A stretch of 64,000 nt of DNA from the human T2T-CHM13v2.0 reference genome, Homo sapiens: assembly GCF_009914755.1 (NCBI RefSeq), contig NC_060935.1; one strand, 5' to 3'. Made by a program: the position numbers and the translations under genes. Each line of letters begins with the position of its first letter. Position 1 is the first letter of the stretch. Of the stretch, positions 1 through 21,577 are shown piece by piece. Below the pieces are notes generated by a model, which saw nothing but the letters and a program-made list of their open reading frames with translations, was not told the origin of the DNA and searched no databases.

Positions 1-2527
1 AATTGTTTTATAAATTTGGGAGCTCCAGTGTTAGGTGCTTATATATTTAGGATTGTGATATTTTCCTGTTGGACTATTCCTTTTATCATTATATAACATT
101 CCTTTTTGTCTTTTTAAACCGTTGTTGCTTTAAAGTCTGTTTTGTCTGATCTAAAAATAGCTACTCCTGCTCCCTTTTGGTGTACATTTGCTTGGAATCT
201 TTTTTCACCCCATTTACCTCAGGTTTATGTGAGTTCTTATGTGTTAGGTGAGTCTTAAGTAGACAGTAGAAACGTGGTTGGTGACTTCTTATCCATTCGT
301 CTATTCTGTGTCTTTTAAGTGAAGCATTTAGGCCATTTTACATTAAATGTTAGTATGAAGATGAGGTACTAGTCTATTCATCATGTGATTTTTTTTTGCC
401 TGAATATCTTTGTTTTTTTGTTGTGTTATTTTTATATAGGTCCTATGAGATTTATGTGTTAAGCAGGTTCTATTTTGATTTATTTCAAGGATTTGTGTCA
501 AGATTTCATCTCCTTTTAGCAGTTCTTGTAGTGCTGGCTTGGCAGTAGTAAATTATCTCAGCATTTGTTTGTGTGGAAAAGACTATCTTTCCTTCATTTC
601 TGAAGCTTGGTTTCACAGATACAAAATTCTTGGCTGATTTTGTTTAAGGAGGCTAAAGATAGGACATCAATCCCTTCTAGCTTGTAAGGTTTCTGCTGAG
701 AAATCTGCTGTTACGCTGATAGATTTTTTTTATAGGTTACCTGATGCTTTTGACTCACAGATCTTAAGATTTTTTCCTTCATCTTGAATTTAGATAACCT
801 TATAACTATGTACCTAGGCAATGATCCTTTTGCAATGAATTTCCCACATGTTCTTTGAGCTTCTTGTGTTTGGATGTCTAGATCTCTAGGAAAGCTGGGG
901 AATTTTTCTCAATGATTCCCCCAAATATCTTTTTCAAACTTTTAGATTTCTCTTCTTCCTTGGCAAAGCCAATTATTCTTAGGTTTGGATGCTTATTATA
1001 GTCCCAAACTTCTTGGTGGCTTTGTTCATTTTTAAAAAAATTATTTTTCCATTGTCTTTGATAGATTGGGTTAATTTGAAAGCCTTGTCTTTGAGCTCTG
1101 AAGTGCTTTCTTCTGCTTCTTTGATTCTATTGTTGAGACTTTCCAGTGTGCATTTCCCTAAGTGTGTCCTTGATTTCCAGAAGTTGTGATTTTTTAATTT
1201 ATGCTATCCATTTCATTAAATAATTTTCCTTTCATATCCTTTATCATGTTTTGGATTTCTTTAAGTTTAACTTCCCATTTCTCTGTTGCCTCCTTGATTA
1301 GCTTAATAATAAACTTCTGAATTTTTTTTCTGGCAATTCAGAGATTCATCTGGGTTTGGATCCACTGTTGGTGAGCTGGTGTGATCTTTTGGGGGTGTTA
1401 AAGAACCTGGTTTTGTCATATCACCAGAATTGTTTTTCTGGTTCCTTCTCATTTGGGTAGACTATGTCAGAGGGAAGATCTGGGGCTCAAGAGCTGCTGT
1501 TCAGATTCTTTTGTCCCACAATGTGCTCCTTTGTTGTGGTGTTCTCCCCATTTCCCTATGGATGGGCCTTATTGAGAGCCAAACCGCAGTTATTGTTTTT
1601 GCTTTTTTGGGTCTAGTCACCCAGTGGAGCTGCCATGCTCCCAGACTTGTACTGGGGAGTATCAACAAAAAGTCCTTTAATGTGGTCTGTCTTCAAGTCT
1701 TTCAGCTGTGGATACCAGCACCTTGCTCCAGTGGAGGTAGCAGGGGAGTGAGGTGGATTTTGTGAAGGTCCTTGGTTGTATTTTTGTTTGGTGCACTGGT
1801 TTGGTGTTGGTTGGCCTCCAGCCAGGAGGTGGTGCTTTCAAGAACACATTAGGTGTGGTACTATAGAGAGGATACAAACTTGTCCTAGGGTCACCTGGTT
1901 AAGTTTTCACGTTTCTCAGGTGGTGGGAAGGGCCATAGAACTCCCAGGAGATTATGTTCTTTGTCTTTGGCAATCAGGGTGGGTAGAGCAAGGCCACCAG
2001 TTGGGGGCAGGGTTAGGTGTCTCTGAGCTCAGACTCTCCTTGGGTGAGGCTTGCTATGGCTGCTGTGGGGATGGGAGTGTGGTTCTGAGGCCAATGGAAT
2101 TATGTTCCCAGAGGGATTATGGCTGCCTCTGCTGAGTCATACAGGTCACCAGGAAAGTGGGGCAAGCTGGCAGTTACAGGCCTCACCCTGCTCCCATACA
2201 GCCTGCAGTGCTAAAGGCTGGTCTCATTCTCACTGTGCCCCCACAACAGCACCAAGTCTCTTTTCAGGCAGCTGGCTACCAGGGCTGTAAACTTTCCCCA
2301 TACCACCAGTCTCCCTGTTGAGAAAGCAAGTAGACTCACAGTTTTTCAGCATCTCAGGGAGTCGGCAGCAGTGGTCCAATTCCTTCAAAGCATCTGTGGA
2401 TTCTCTCAGCTTTCCTGGTATGTTCCTGTGGTAGTTCCTGGAGCAAAAGGTTATGATGTGCATCTTCACATGCTTCTCTGTCTGAGCAGGAACTGCAAGA
2501 TAGTCCTGCCTCCTTTCCACCATCTTC
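1..2527 (-). mobile_element. Old L1 (L1PB/L1PBa-type) 5' part: 5'UTR, decayed ORF1 and start of ORF2; runs off the left edge
   Basis: 1-200 is antisense L1 endonuclease-region sequence (gagctccagtgttaggtgcttatatatttaggattgtgata). 650-900 resembles antisense ORF1 3' half. GC-richer 5'UTR ends ...ccaccatcttccc at ~2527. Subfamily from recalled consensus. Confidence 0.75.
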
Positions 2528-2579
2528 CCTATTACCATTTTCTAATTAATCTTTCTGTTTTGTGGTCTTCTTTTCTTTC

Positions 2580-3227
2580 TGAAGTGGTGTTCTTTGTCTG
2601 GGGTAAATACTCAGTGTTCATCATCTCACACCAAAGAAATTGAGGTTGTGGATACATAAGAAGTGAGTTTAATAGTAGAGATTTAATAGGTGAGAGAAAA
2701 GAGAAAAACTCTCCTGCAGAGAGAGAGAGAGAGAGAGCGACTCCTGAGTGGGCCTTCTGGTTTTGTGGTGAAATGCATCAGGTTTTATAGATGAGCTTGA
2801 GGAGGTGGTGTCTGATTTACATAGAGCCCAAAAGGTTGGTTGGACCAGCTCTGCCATTTACATAGCATGTGAAGAAGCTGGCTGCCCCATCCTAATCTTC
2901 TACTATGTGAATGGGTTCTCTACCTGGTTGGTGCCATGTTGCCTGCTTCTTTACTGCACACGTGGTTGACAAAGAAAAGGGAAGATGGAGCCTCCATGCT
3001 GAAGATGCCTGGCCCCCAGGTAGCCTTTTCCTATTGGCACAACTGCCAGCATTCACCCATGCAAGCTGCCAGCTTGCTTTTTTATGTCTGCAGCTTGATT
3101 TTTCAGGCTGCTCTTTGTTAGAAAAGAAATGATTTTTGGGGCTGCTTTTTATTAAAAGGGGAACCTCACCAAGGACTCTCTTACCCTCACTATGTGCCTA
3201 AGTAATTTATTTCTAGCTCCTGTATTA
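2580..3227 (-). repeat. 3' LTR (LTR9-like)
   Basis: Homologous to 9158-9765 (ORFs 2936..3121 and 9408..9659 share MLPASLLHxWLTKKREDGASML). Polypurine tract (tttcccccca on +) at 3228-3238. (GA)n expansion at 2717-2737. Confidence 0.85.
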
Positions 3228-6092
3228 TTTCCCCCCATCAGAAGTGGAAACCCTAACTGCTGTTAGTGGGTGTTGGATGACAACTCTTTCTGCCTACTTC
3301 CTGCAGAAAGATGGGCACTGTGTGGGGAACAGCTCCTCCTGGCATCAATCTAAGGATCCTTGGAAGAATGATGTGTTCATGTATGTTCCATCTGCAGTAG
3401 CATTTGGAGATTAATGGCTTCTAGGCAAGAATAAAGAATTTGGGTTATTAGAGTACGTGTATCAAAATGAAACAAGGTGGGGGTAAGGACAGCTCAAAAA
3501 ATCCTGAGGCTGTGTAACCCTTTGATAACTGGTGACTCTGGTTATGCTTGTTAAGATTTGGGTGTATGGGGCTTGGCTTTTGTTAATTACCTTGGTTTTA
3601 TTTTCCCAGAGAAACCTCTGGGTTATGGGTACCCTATTTACTTTCATTACCTGATAGGATTTGCAGGATAATTGCCAAGAACTAGCATATTGGTCCTGAT
3701 TTTTACATTACCCACCCCTTTTTGTTTTTTCTGAGCTGCAGGAGTTTACTACTTGATTCACAGGAATAGGCAGGGTTAGCCTAAAATGTATGCAAAAAAA
3801 ATTAAAAACAACCAATGAGACTATAATTTAATGACAAATGTATAAGTTTTGGAGCATAATTTTCCATCTCCAGTCCTCATTTTGAGTAAAACCAAATTAC
3901 GATAGGATGGTGGTGTTTGCAGAAGAGATTAATTCAGACTTTTATTAGTGTATTTGATGGAGTTAACTCCTGTTTGATATTCATGAACGTTTCAGCTCTT
4001 CATGTGTCCTGGACATTTTTTCTCTCTTCCAATGTTGCAATTGTCAAAGCTATAAGAATCCTGCATTTGAGAACATGTGTTAAATTCCTATAGCTTGATT
4101 TTAAACCATCTTTTGAAAAGAACAAAGCAAGACAACAATTGTCTGTGAATGACAAAATTTCCAGGGAAGTTAAAATTAAAAACATGACTGACAGAGAAGT
4201 TTGGTTATCTTAGTGGTGTACAATGACTTAACAACCTTCATTATAATTAATAGCACATACTCAGACAATAGAATTTTATAAATCCCATACAATTGTGGAT
4301 CATATATTAATATTATTCACTAAAATATAACCTGAAGAATGTTAAACATCGTTGTGGCAATCTCACATACCTAAACATGTCAAATAAGCCTGTTTACCTT
4401 TCTTTCAAATGCTTCAGGGGCCCTCTGTGGCATCCAGAGCTAGAGGTCAGGAAAGACGACGTTGAAACTGAGGTTTGATTTTGGGAAGCCTGTTATATAT
4501 GTTAGAGGTTTAAAACACTTGATGTTATGAAATAGAATTCCAGGTTACCATAAGTCATTTATTTTGCCATAATGATGAAAAAAAGGCAAAAATCTTTTAT
4601 TAACGTTTACTATTACATGAAAATCCTGTTCAAAGCCAAATTTTACCCTTGTATTAGTTTATTAATGTGAACCCAATTTCTAAATGAAACCTCATTGGCA
4701 ATTCCATCTAATCTTAACCAATTTGACCGTTAATTTTTACAAACCTTTTATAACCCTTTTGCTAAAGGGCAGACCAGTGTTTTAAGACACCCTTGTTGTG
4801 CTTTTATTTCAATGCTTTTATTTATGAAAAGACCATATAATACTATTTTGAAATTAGTTAATGTTTTCACATGGGATTTTTTGCAAGATTAATATATATA
4901 ATCTTTCCAAAACTTGCTTAAACCTTCAGCTTTATCATATCTAATTTAAGACAATCCTTTATCCCTAGCAAAATGTACATTTCTATGCCTTCTTATATTC
5001 TTTTACTAAAAACATATTTTACTGTTTTTACACACCTTGCATGTAAGTCTATTTTAATTACATGTTATAATGCTGACTTTTAGCAATTTTTAACTTTAAT
5101 GTGAAACCTGGTTAGTTGTTTTGATTATGTAGTAGGCACAGATTAAGTTTGAATTTTTCCAGCATAGTTAGGTACATGGATAATTTTGCATGTCCCCAGG
5201 CCTTATGAAGTTGTAAAGCAGGAGTTTGCATGGAAATATTTAGCAAACCTAGTATCTGACTTATATGATTTAGACCACCTATTTGCATTTGGATGACACC
5301 TGTATTTTACTAATAATCCTTAAGACTATTTTTATTTCTCAAAAGTTAAAGTCACTTGAGCTAAAAGGCATTATAGCTTTTATCTTTCCTTTAAAAATAT
5401 TTAAGCCCTTATTTTCTTTAAGCCAATCAATTGGAGCTCTTTTTATAGACGTTACACATAACACACATAACTACACAGACAAACAGAAAAAGACTCAGTT
5501 GTTATAAGATTTATCATTAATTGGATTATTGGTCTCTGGGTGAGGCCCTTTAAGAGTGGGGCTAGGAGAGCATGCAGTTTTTAAGGAAGACAAAAACAGA
5601 TTTTTGAGAGGGATCTATCCACCACTAATTCCTGGAGTTCCATGAGAAAAAACAGAGATTTCTCCCAAGATGAGATTTGTGGTGCCTTTTCTGTTTTCCC
5701 AAGAAGTCTCACACTATCAGAAGTTATCTTGGGGCCTCTCATGTGTGCATTAAGTAATGCATACATTGGGAGTGGCAAAACAAAATGGAGAAAAGGAATT
5801 TAGTTGGCTGAGAAAAAACATTTTTCAGAAAAACAAGATCCAAGAACAGAAAAATATAAAGGCCTTTTAAATATGCCTATAACTTGGATATCCACTTTAA
5901 TTAAGCTGAGTGCTCTTTAAGAAAATCCCTTTAAATCCCTTGTTACTCGACTTTAGCCACACCAAGCAGTTAGGATTTTTGGCTTTTGAACTTTACCAAA
6001 AGTTACCTCACAGGTGAAATCAAAAGCCTTACTTAGGTTATGACTTAACCATGAGTATACAAGATATTTTCAAAGGAGGGGCAAGCAGGTTT

Positions 6093-6762
6093 TGAAACTG
6101 TTTTTGCAAAGTTGTGACTGAGACAGTGAAAGAGATCCAACCCAACCAACTCTATGTTGCCTCCAGCCCCAAAGCTGGCATCTCCAGCCCCATCTCTAGG
6201 CATACATGGAACCAACTCTGGGAAGAGCTTGGTTTACAGTTTATAGTTTAAAACAAAGTCAATAATAGCTCTCTCTCAAAATGAACCTCCCTTTTTGCCT
6301 AGGGACCAGACCAAGAAACTAGGCACAAGATTAGAAACCATGGCTTAGGAGTCATGCAGCTGGAGGATACAAGATTTTGACCCTTTCTAAACTACTCCCA
6401 AGATGAGTGCTTAAGATATTTTGCAAACCCTGCCATTGTTGGATCAGCTGGCATCACCAAGATTGATAAACTGGCTTATCTAATTTTGTGGCCCCCATCC
6501 AGGAACTAATTTAGCACAAGAAGACAAGTTTGACTCCCTATGATTTCATTTCTGACTCTACATGTCAGCATTCCTGTCTCATTGGCTCCCCCCTGCTACC
6601 AAGCTGTCCCCAAAAACTCTGCTCCCCAAATGCTCAGGGAGTCCCATCTGAGCAACAACAAAACTCCCATCTCCCACACTGCTGACCCTACTACAATTCC
6701 CCTGTTCTGATAAATCATCTCTGCCTGGACAGCATGCAAGGTGAATCCATTGGGCAGTTACA
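6093..6762 (+). mobile_element. Solo LTR (LTR8-like, HUERS-P1 group) nested antisense inside the provirus
   Basis: Starts TGAAAC...TTTGCAAA...GACTGAGACAGTGAAAGAGAT and ends GGGCAGTTACA (TG...CA termini), 670 bp. Matches recalled LTR8 consensus. Confidence 0.8.
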
Positions 6763-7416
6763 CTATTACAAAATCTAGAACATTTAAAGGCAACTTAGAG
6801 GAAGATTTAAGAAAGGCAGATAGAAGTTGTTCATGAAGGGGGAAGAGAATCAGCAAATGGTAAAATTAAAGTATTCATTTCCCAAGCCAGAATTGAACGT
6901 GGGCCACCATTGTAAAATGGTGGAGACTAAAATGTAGTATTGCCACGTGGTTACAGGTCACATTCCCAAGGACATAAAAAAAGAGGCAGCAAAGTTTGTT
7001 ACTGACCATTTTGTTGGGACTGGCTCAAACAGCAGGCTTATAGGGTCCCAGGCCTGCATGCTAGTCTGACATATGCTTTCTCTTGACAAAGCCATACAGA
7101 AAGACACACAAAGAACACTGGATTGGCTACAGCTTAAGACCAACTCCATAAATCGTTTTTCATGAATTAAAACTTCACAGAAAATATAAATAGTGAAACT
7201 TATTATTCCTTTTACTATTTTGTACAGGGAGAGAGAAGCCAAAATCCTGACTGGTGAAAAAAAAAAACTTTTACCCTTTTGCTGGCCTGTTGTGTTTCTG
7301 GGTTCCCTTCCCTTGAGCTCAACTCTCAGCCCAGCATTTTAACGTTTGGGGAAATTAACTTTTCCAAGTTTGGAGGAACATTATAAAAGAAGAGATAGGA
7401 ACCATTTTAAACCATG

Positions 7417-7765
7417 TCAGGAGGAAGGAAAAATACCACAGAAAAGTCTGGGATTTGTGTGGTGGAACTGAAATAGCTGATGATGTAAATAGGGGGAACA
7501 GGAATGGCTGGGGCATCTGGAAGTTGCATTTAAGGGTTTCCTGTGGGGGGTCTGTTTCTTTAGTTTTGAGGAATCATTCCCACTGGGCCCACCTGATATG
7601 ACTGCTAAAAGAGCTGAGTCGATTGTGCAGTGCTTGCAAAGGTCTAGTAACAGGGTGCAAAAGAAAATGAGCTGCTTTTTTTTCCAAAGCCTCAAGGTCA
7701 AAGGAATCCCAGTGCTTCAGAATGCACTTCAGAGGAGTACAGGTTGAAGATGGTTTTTTACCCAC
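7417..7765 (-). pseudogene. ERV gag (matrix N-terminus) remnant, frameshifted
   Basis: MGKKPSSTCTPLKCILKHWDSFD continues in another frame as KKKQLIFFC, a class I ERV MA motif (TPLxCIL..W..FD...KK..LIFFC). It lies ~1.4 kb downstream of the PBS. Confidence 0.7.
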
Positions 7766-9136
7766 CTAGAAAGAGAAGCCAGAAAAAAGGCATCCCTGTA
7801 ACCTCCTTCCTTTTGTTGTGACCCAAGGTGGAGGGGAAGACAGCAGGAGTTTACCCCCTACTCTTTTCCCTCCTTGATTCCTGGGACTCCAGCACATTGT
7901 TAAACATATTGTCCATGGTTGCAGGCATGACCCCCAGCCATGGAAGTGGAGGAACTAAGCAATTGGGATTACTCACACTTGCCCATGCAACTCTAGTCTT
8001 CCGTTTATGATTTCCCATTGACTTCTTAGACTGACGTGACCTGTGTGGCTCCCAGAAAGAGGGATCTTGAAAAAGACTATGTAATAGTTGCATTTGGGCA
8101 AGGCCCCTTTAATGGAGGGGGTGTATTAGATTGAACTCTATATCCTGTTATTGTGGCCCATGCCAAAGCATTTACTCTTAAGTCTCCTTACTATGTAAGT
8201 ACCATTTTAATTGGAGACAGAGTAGGTGCCTTAAAAGAATGTAGGGACCAAATGGTGGTTTTCCTGCTGATGGGACACTATCGAGACTAAAATTTGATTT
8301 TGGAGGACATTTTCCTCATCACTGTTGAAGGCAGAGTTTTTCCCTTTCACAGAAAAGGCATAAAGCTTGGTCTCTAGTAGAGGGGCACAAAAAGGGAGGA
8401 AAATTGGGAAGCTAAAGTGTTTCGGAAAAGGGCCAACAATGTGCCTCATGGAGAGGATTCCTGTTCCTGTAGGTGGCGCCGTTGAGCATGTGCTTTCCAG
8501 ACCAAGTGCAGAGAGAGATGCTCACTGTAGGGTATGGGGGAAGATCCTCTGTTCCTAGAAAATCACAAAAACAGCATTCTCTTAAGCTATATTCCCTGTT
8601 ACTATGGCATTTGCTGACCTTTCCTAACAGGACTATTTCACTGAACTGTAAAAATTTCCAGAGCATTGCATATATAGAGATGATAGGAGACATGGCAATC
8701 ACAGATAGGAAAGGAGGAAATTTGTGATAGAAAAGCTGGAGATCCTATTGCTGATGGTTGGTTGGGCAGTTGAAGGCTGGAGTTGGTCCAGAAGCCTTCA
8801 GATAACACCAGGGTGTAGTCCTGGCCAGAAATTCTTTGTTGCTCCAGGACCTCTTTAAGCTCCATACGATGGCTGGGTCCTCCAGGAAGGGAAACTGTTT
8901 TGAAACATAGCCAATATGCCCAGCAGCCTGAGGGTACTGGGGGATTCTTCATGATCTCCCCAGCAAGCTTGTCCCCTTGTCTTGTAAGGCTGGCAGCCAA
9001 TCTAACCATTTTTAAATGGCTGACAAGGGCTCGTATTTGGTTTGATTTGATATTAAAATGGAGGCCAAGAGCCTCAAAATGCAAGGACAGAGTTATGGTC
9101 CATTCCTATACTCACCCTTCTGATGATTATACCTGC

Positions 9137-9154
9137 ATCCCAGATGGGGCCCCA
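9137..9154 (-). promoter_or_regulatory. Primer-binding site, tRNA-Pro type
   Basis: Minus strand reads TGGGGCCCCATCTGGGAT versus tRNA-Pro PBS TGGGGGCTCGTCCGGGAT (14/18; two differences are CpG-type), 3 nt from the LTR end. Confidence 0.8.
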
Positions 9155-9157
9155 AAA

Positions 9158-9765
9158 TGAACCAGTATTGCTTGTCTCAGGTAAATACCCTACATTCATT
9201 GTCTCACTCCAAGGAAATTGAGGGTGTGCACACACAAGAAGTGAGTCTAAAAGCAGAGGTTTAATAGGTGAGAGAAAAACTCTCTCTTCTGCAGAGACAA
9301 AGGGACTCCTGAGTAGGTCCTCCAGTTCTGTGGTGAATTGCATGGGGTTTTATAGATGAGGTTGAGGAGGCAGTGTCTGATTTACATAGGGCACAAAAGA
9401 TTGGTATGTGAAGAAGCTGGCTGCCCACCATAATCTTTTATTATACAAAGGGGTTCTCTACCTGGTCAGTGCCATGTTGCCTGCTTCTTTACTGCACATG
9501 TGGTTGACAAAGAAAAGGGAAGATGGAGCCTCCATGTTGACTATGACTGGCCCCCAGGTAGACTTTTCCTATTGGCACAGCTGCCAGCATTCACCCATGC
9601 AAACTTCCAGCTTGCTTTTCTATGTCTGCATCTTGATTTTTCAGGCTGTTCTTTGTTAGAAAAGAAATGATTTTGGGGCTGCTTTTTATGAACAATGGAA
9701 ACCTTACCAATGACTCCCTTATGCTCACTATATGCCTAAATAATTTCTTTCTAGCTCGTGTGTCA
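9158..9765 (-). repeat. 5' LTR (LTR9-like)
   Basis: Second LTR copy, TG...CA termini on the minus strand, adjacent to the PBS. Has a ~28-bp deletion near 9405 relative to the 3' LTR. Confidence 0.85.
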
Positions 9766-10542
9766 GTTCTTTCTTTCCTTCCTATTCTTCATTAGTGAAA
9801 ATAATTTTCTCTGGTGATATGATTTGTTTCTTGCTTTTTAATTTTTATGGGCCCATTGTATGTTTCTTGGTCTGAGGTTACCATGAGGCTTGCAAATACT
9901 ATCTTATAACCCATTATTTTAGGCTGATAACAACTTAACACTGTTTGTACAAACAAACAAGCAAAAAGAAAACAATTAAGAACTCCACATCTTAACTTTG
10001 TCCCTCTGCTTTGTAACTTTTTGTTGCTTCTACTATTTATATCTTATTGTACTGTCTATGTCCTCAAAAGTTGTTGCAGTTATTATTTTTGATTGGCTCA
10101 TTGTTTAGTTTTTCTACTTAGGATAAGACTAGTTCATATACCACAGTTATAGTGTTATAATATTGTGTGTTTTCTGTGTACTTTCTGTGACCCGTGAGTT
10201 TTGTACCTTCAGATGATTACTTATTGTTCATTAACATTTTTTTCTTTCTAACTGAAGTACTTACTCCCTTTAGAATGTCTTGTTGGACAGGTCTGCTCTT
10301 CATGAAATCCCTCAACTTCTGTTTGTCTGGAAAAGTTTGTATTTCTCCTTCATGCTTGAAGGATATTTTTGCTAGATATCCTATTCTATGGTAGAAGGTT
10401 TTTTTTCCATCAGCACTTTAAATATGTTATGCCACTCTCTTCTGGCCTGTAAGGTTTCCATTGAAAAGTCTACTGCAAGACATATAGGAGCTCCATTGTT
10501 ATGTTATTTGATTCTTTTGTCTTGGTGCTTTTAGGGTCTTTC

Positions 10543-15623
<5,081 letters not shown>

Positions 15624-15995
15624 TTCCTGCCAGGTCCTTACTTTATACTTGACCTTAGGGAGTTTGATTATTAAATGCCTTGAAGTGGTCTTTGGGTTAA
15701 ATTTCTTGGTGTTCTATAACCTTCTTATAGTTGAATATTGATATCTTTCTCTAGGTTTGGGAAGTTCTCTGTTATTATCCCTTTGAATAAACTTCCTACC
15801 TCTATCTCTTTCTCCACCTTCCCTTTAAGGCCAATAACTCTTAGATTTCCCCTCTGAGGCTACTTTCTAGATCCTGTATGTGTCCTTCATTGTTTTGTAT
15901 TTTGTTTTCTTTTGTTTCCTCTGACTGTATTTTTTTTCAATAGTTTGTCCTCCAGCTCACCAATTCTTTCTTCTGCTTGAGCAATTCTGCTATTA

Positions 15996-18956
<2,961 letters not shown>

Positions 18957-21002
18957 AGAAGACTTTTTTGCATTCTTCAGTATGCCAAATACATTTTTCA
19001 GCTCGAGAATTTTTGCTTCATTCTTTTAAAATTATTTCAATCTCTTTGTTAAGTTTTTTTGATAGAGTTTTGAATTTCTTTTCTGTGTTACCTTGAATTT
19101 CTTTGAGTTTTCTCAAAACAGCAATTTTAAATTGTTTGCCTGAAGGGTCACATGTCTTTATTTCTTCAGGATTGGTCCCTGATGCCTTACTTATTTCATT
19201 TGGTGGGATCTTGTTTTCCTAGATGGTGGTGTTGACAGTAGATGTCCATCTGTGTCTGGGCATTGAAGAGTTGGGTATTTATTGTAGTCTTTATGTTCTG
19301 GGCTTGTTTGTACCCATCCTTCTTGGAAAGGCTTTCCAGATATTTGAAAGGATTTGGATGTTGTCATCTAAACTGTATCTGCTGTACAAGCCCAGTAACA
19401 CTGAATAAAATTCCACCAGAGAATAATTTGAATTCACATGAAGAAAGCAAAAGCTCTGCTAAATGAAACTACATAGGTAAATATAGAAGATGGTATTTGC
19501 ATATTTTGGCTTGTTACTTGTTTTCATCTTATCTGATTTAAAAGACAACTGCATAAAGGAGACCTATAGAGGTAGCACCTTGATGTCTTGGACAAGATTG
19601 GTGAGAATTCCTCAGATTACCAGGCAGAGACTCTTGTTGTCTTCCCTTACTTTTCTCAGATGGAATCTTTCTTCCTCTGTTGTGGGCTCCCTAATGATGG
19701 AGGTGGATGTGGCCACCACCACTATGATTGCACTGGGTTAGACCTGAAACCAATACAGCACTGGGTCTTGCTCAAGGCCTGCCATGACCACTTCCTGGGG
19801 AAGTATTCATTCAAGGCCCTGGGGATCTATAACAAGCAGGTGGCAAATCCTGCCATACCTGTGTCCTTCTTTTCAGGGTGGCAAGTTCCCAGGCCCTGGG
19901 TGGGTCCAGAGGTGCCATCTGGGAGTCAGGGATTAGGGTCAAAAACCTTAGAAGATTACATGTTGTTCTATGTACTATGGCTGAGCCAGCACTTAAGCCA
20001 CAAGATACAGTTCTTCCCACTCTTTCTTCCCATTTCCAAAGGTAGAGGTGCCTCTACCAGGTAAATGGGTGCTCACCTGATTTTTGGTTCTTATGAAGGT
20101 GTGTTTTCTCCATAGATAGTTGTTAAATATGTGTCCTTGCAGGGAATAGGGCATGAGACAATGGAGCTTTCTATTCTTCTATGTTGCTCCTGTGATTGTT
20201 TCTTTAACTCTAAATTGAGACTAAGAATATATACGTTCAGAAATATAGTTAAAATTAAAGTTAATGTATTTCAAACACTGAAATTGGGCATGAATCCTAG
20301 CACATAGTGCTTTGTAGGTCAATGCCAGTTACAAAAGTGTAGTAAAAACCTTTAAAATTCTCTCCTCCATTAGAGCAAGGAGAATACTGGAAAGAATGGT
20401 CAGAGTCAACATTTTCAGAATTCTGGAAATTAAGCAAAAGCTCGCATCAGTTCAAGGAGTACTTATGCAAGAAAAATGGCCAACTCTCAACAACAAGAAG
20501 CATTATTGGTATTTTAATTTACCCTGTTTTCATTTTCCCTGCACAGCTTCTCTGTAGTCTTGAAAAACAACAGCCTGCAATCACATTGATACCCAGCAGC
20601 TTGGCAACCACTGGGAGGGGCAGAACGAGATTGGAGCTTTTTCGAAGACCCAGATAATTGCTATTATTTGACCTATGTGGTCATTCTCTGGAAGACCTAA
20701 CTCACAAATATACCTTTATTTGACTTGACTTGGAGCATTTTTCGTGGAGAAATTTGTCAAAAACAGTCAGAAGCAATTCTTAAACATTGCAGCAGCTTTA
20801 GGCAGTGGATTAAGTAAGAAAAAAAACAGGCTAACCAAAAGGCTTAAATACAAAAGCTGAGGAATGAGTATCAGGACTGTGCATATGCCCAGGACTCTGT
20901 ACATGTTCAAGAAAGACCCAGGAAGGCATAAGCTATCACCTCTGGCTTACCTTGTGATCCTGTGAAAGCAGGATATGAAGGCTAAGGTAAAGTTTTAAGC
21001 TT

Positions 21003-21293
21003 GGCTGAGTGTGGTAGCTCACACCTGTAATCCCAGCACTTTGGGGGACTGAGGCAGGCAGATCATGAGGTCAGGAGATTGAGACCATCCTGGCTAACAC
21101 GGTGAAACCCAGTTTCTACTAAAAATACAAAAAATTAGCCAGATGAGGTGGTGGGCACCTGTAGTCCCAGCTACTCAGGAGCCTGAAGAAGGAGAATGGT
21201 GTAACCCGGGAGGTGGAGCTTGCAGTAAGCTGAGATAGTGCCACTGCACTCCAGCCTGGGTGACAGAGCAAGACTCTGTCTCAAAAAAAGAAA
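21003..21293 (+). mobile_element. Alu (AluY/Sc-like, CpG-decayed)
   Basis: Full dimer with A tail; TSD aaagttttaagct at 20989-21001 and 21294-21306. Confidence 0.95.
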
Positions 21294-21577
21294 AAAGTTT
21301 TAAGCTATCTGGCTGAGTATTGAAGGCATGCCCCAAGACACACAAAGAATCCCTTAGCAAAGACTGTAAGACTTATTTGTTCTAAAGATATCTCTGTATA
21401 ATTATTAACTTATCAATAATCTTATTGAGCAGGGGCTTCAGTGGCTGCATATAAGAAAATAATATGTCTCATAAAATTAGTTTAAAAAATGCTAATCCCA
21501 AGAACGACAAAACAACAAACAGTAACAATCATAAACATTGGAGATGGAAAGAAATATGATTTCCAGGATTGCCACAT

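Larger units (their letters stand above)
2580..9765 (-). mobile_element. ERV1 provirus, HUERS-P3-like (LTR9-flanked), non-coding and degenerate
   Basis: Direct terminal repeats at 2580-3227 and 9158-9765. tRNA-Pro-like PBS next to the right LTR, purine tract next to the left LTR, gag-like remnant at ~7.4-7.8 kb. Flanks tttc/gttc (possible 4-bp TSD, one mismatch). The older L1M host continues across the insertion. Confidence 0.85.
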
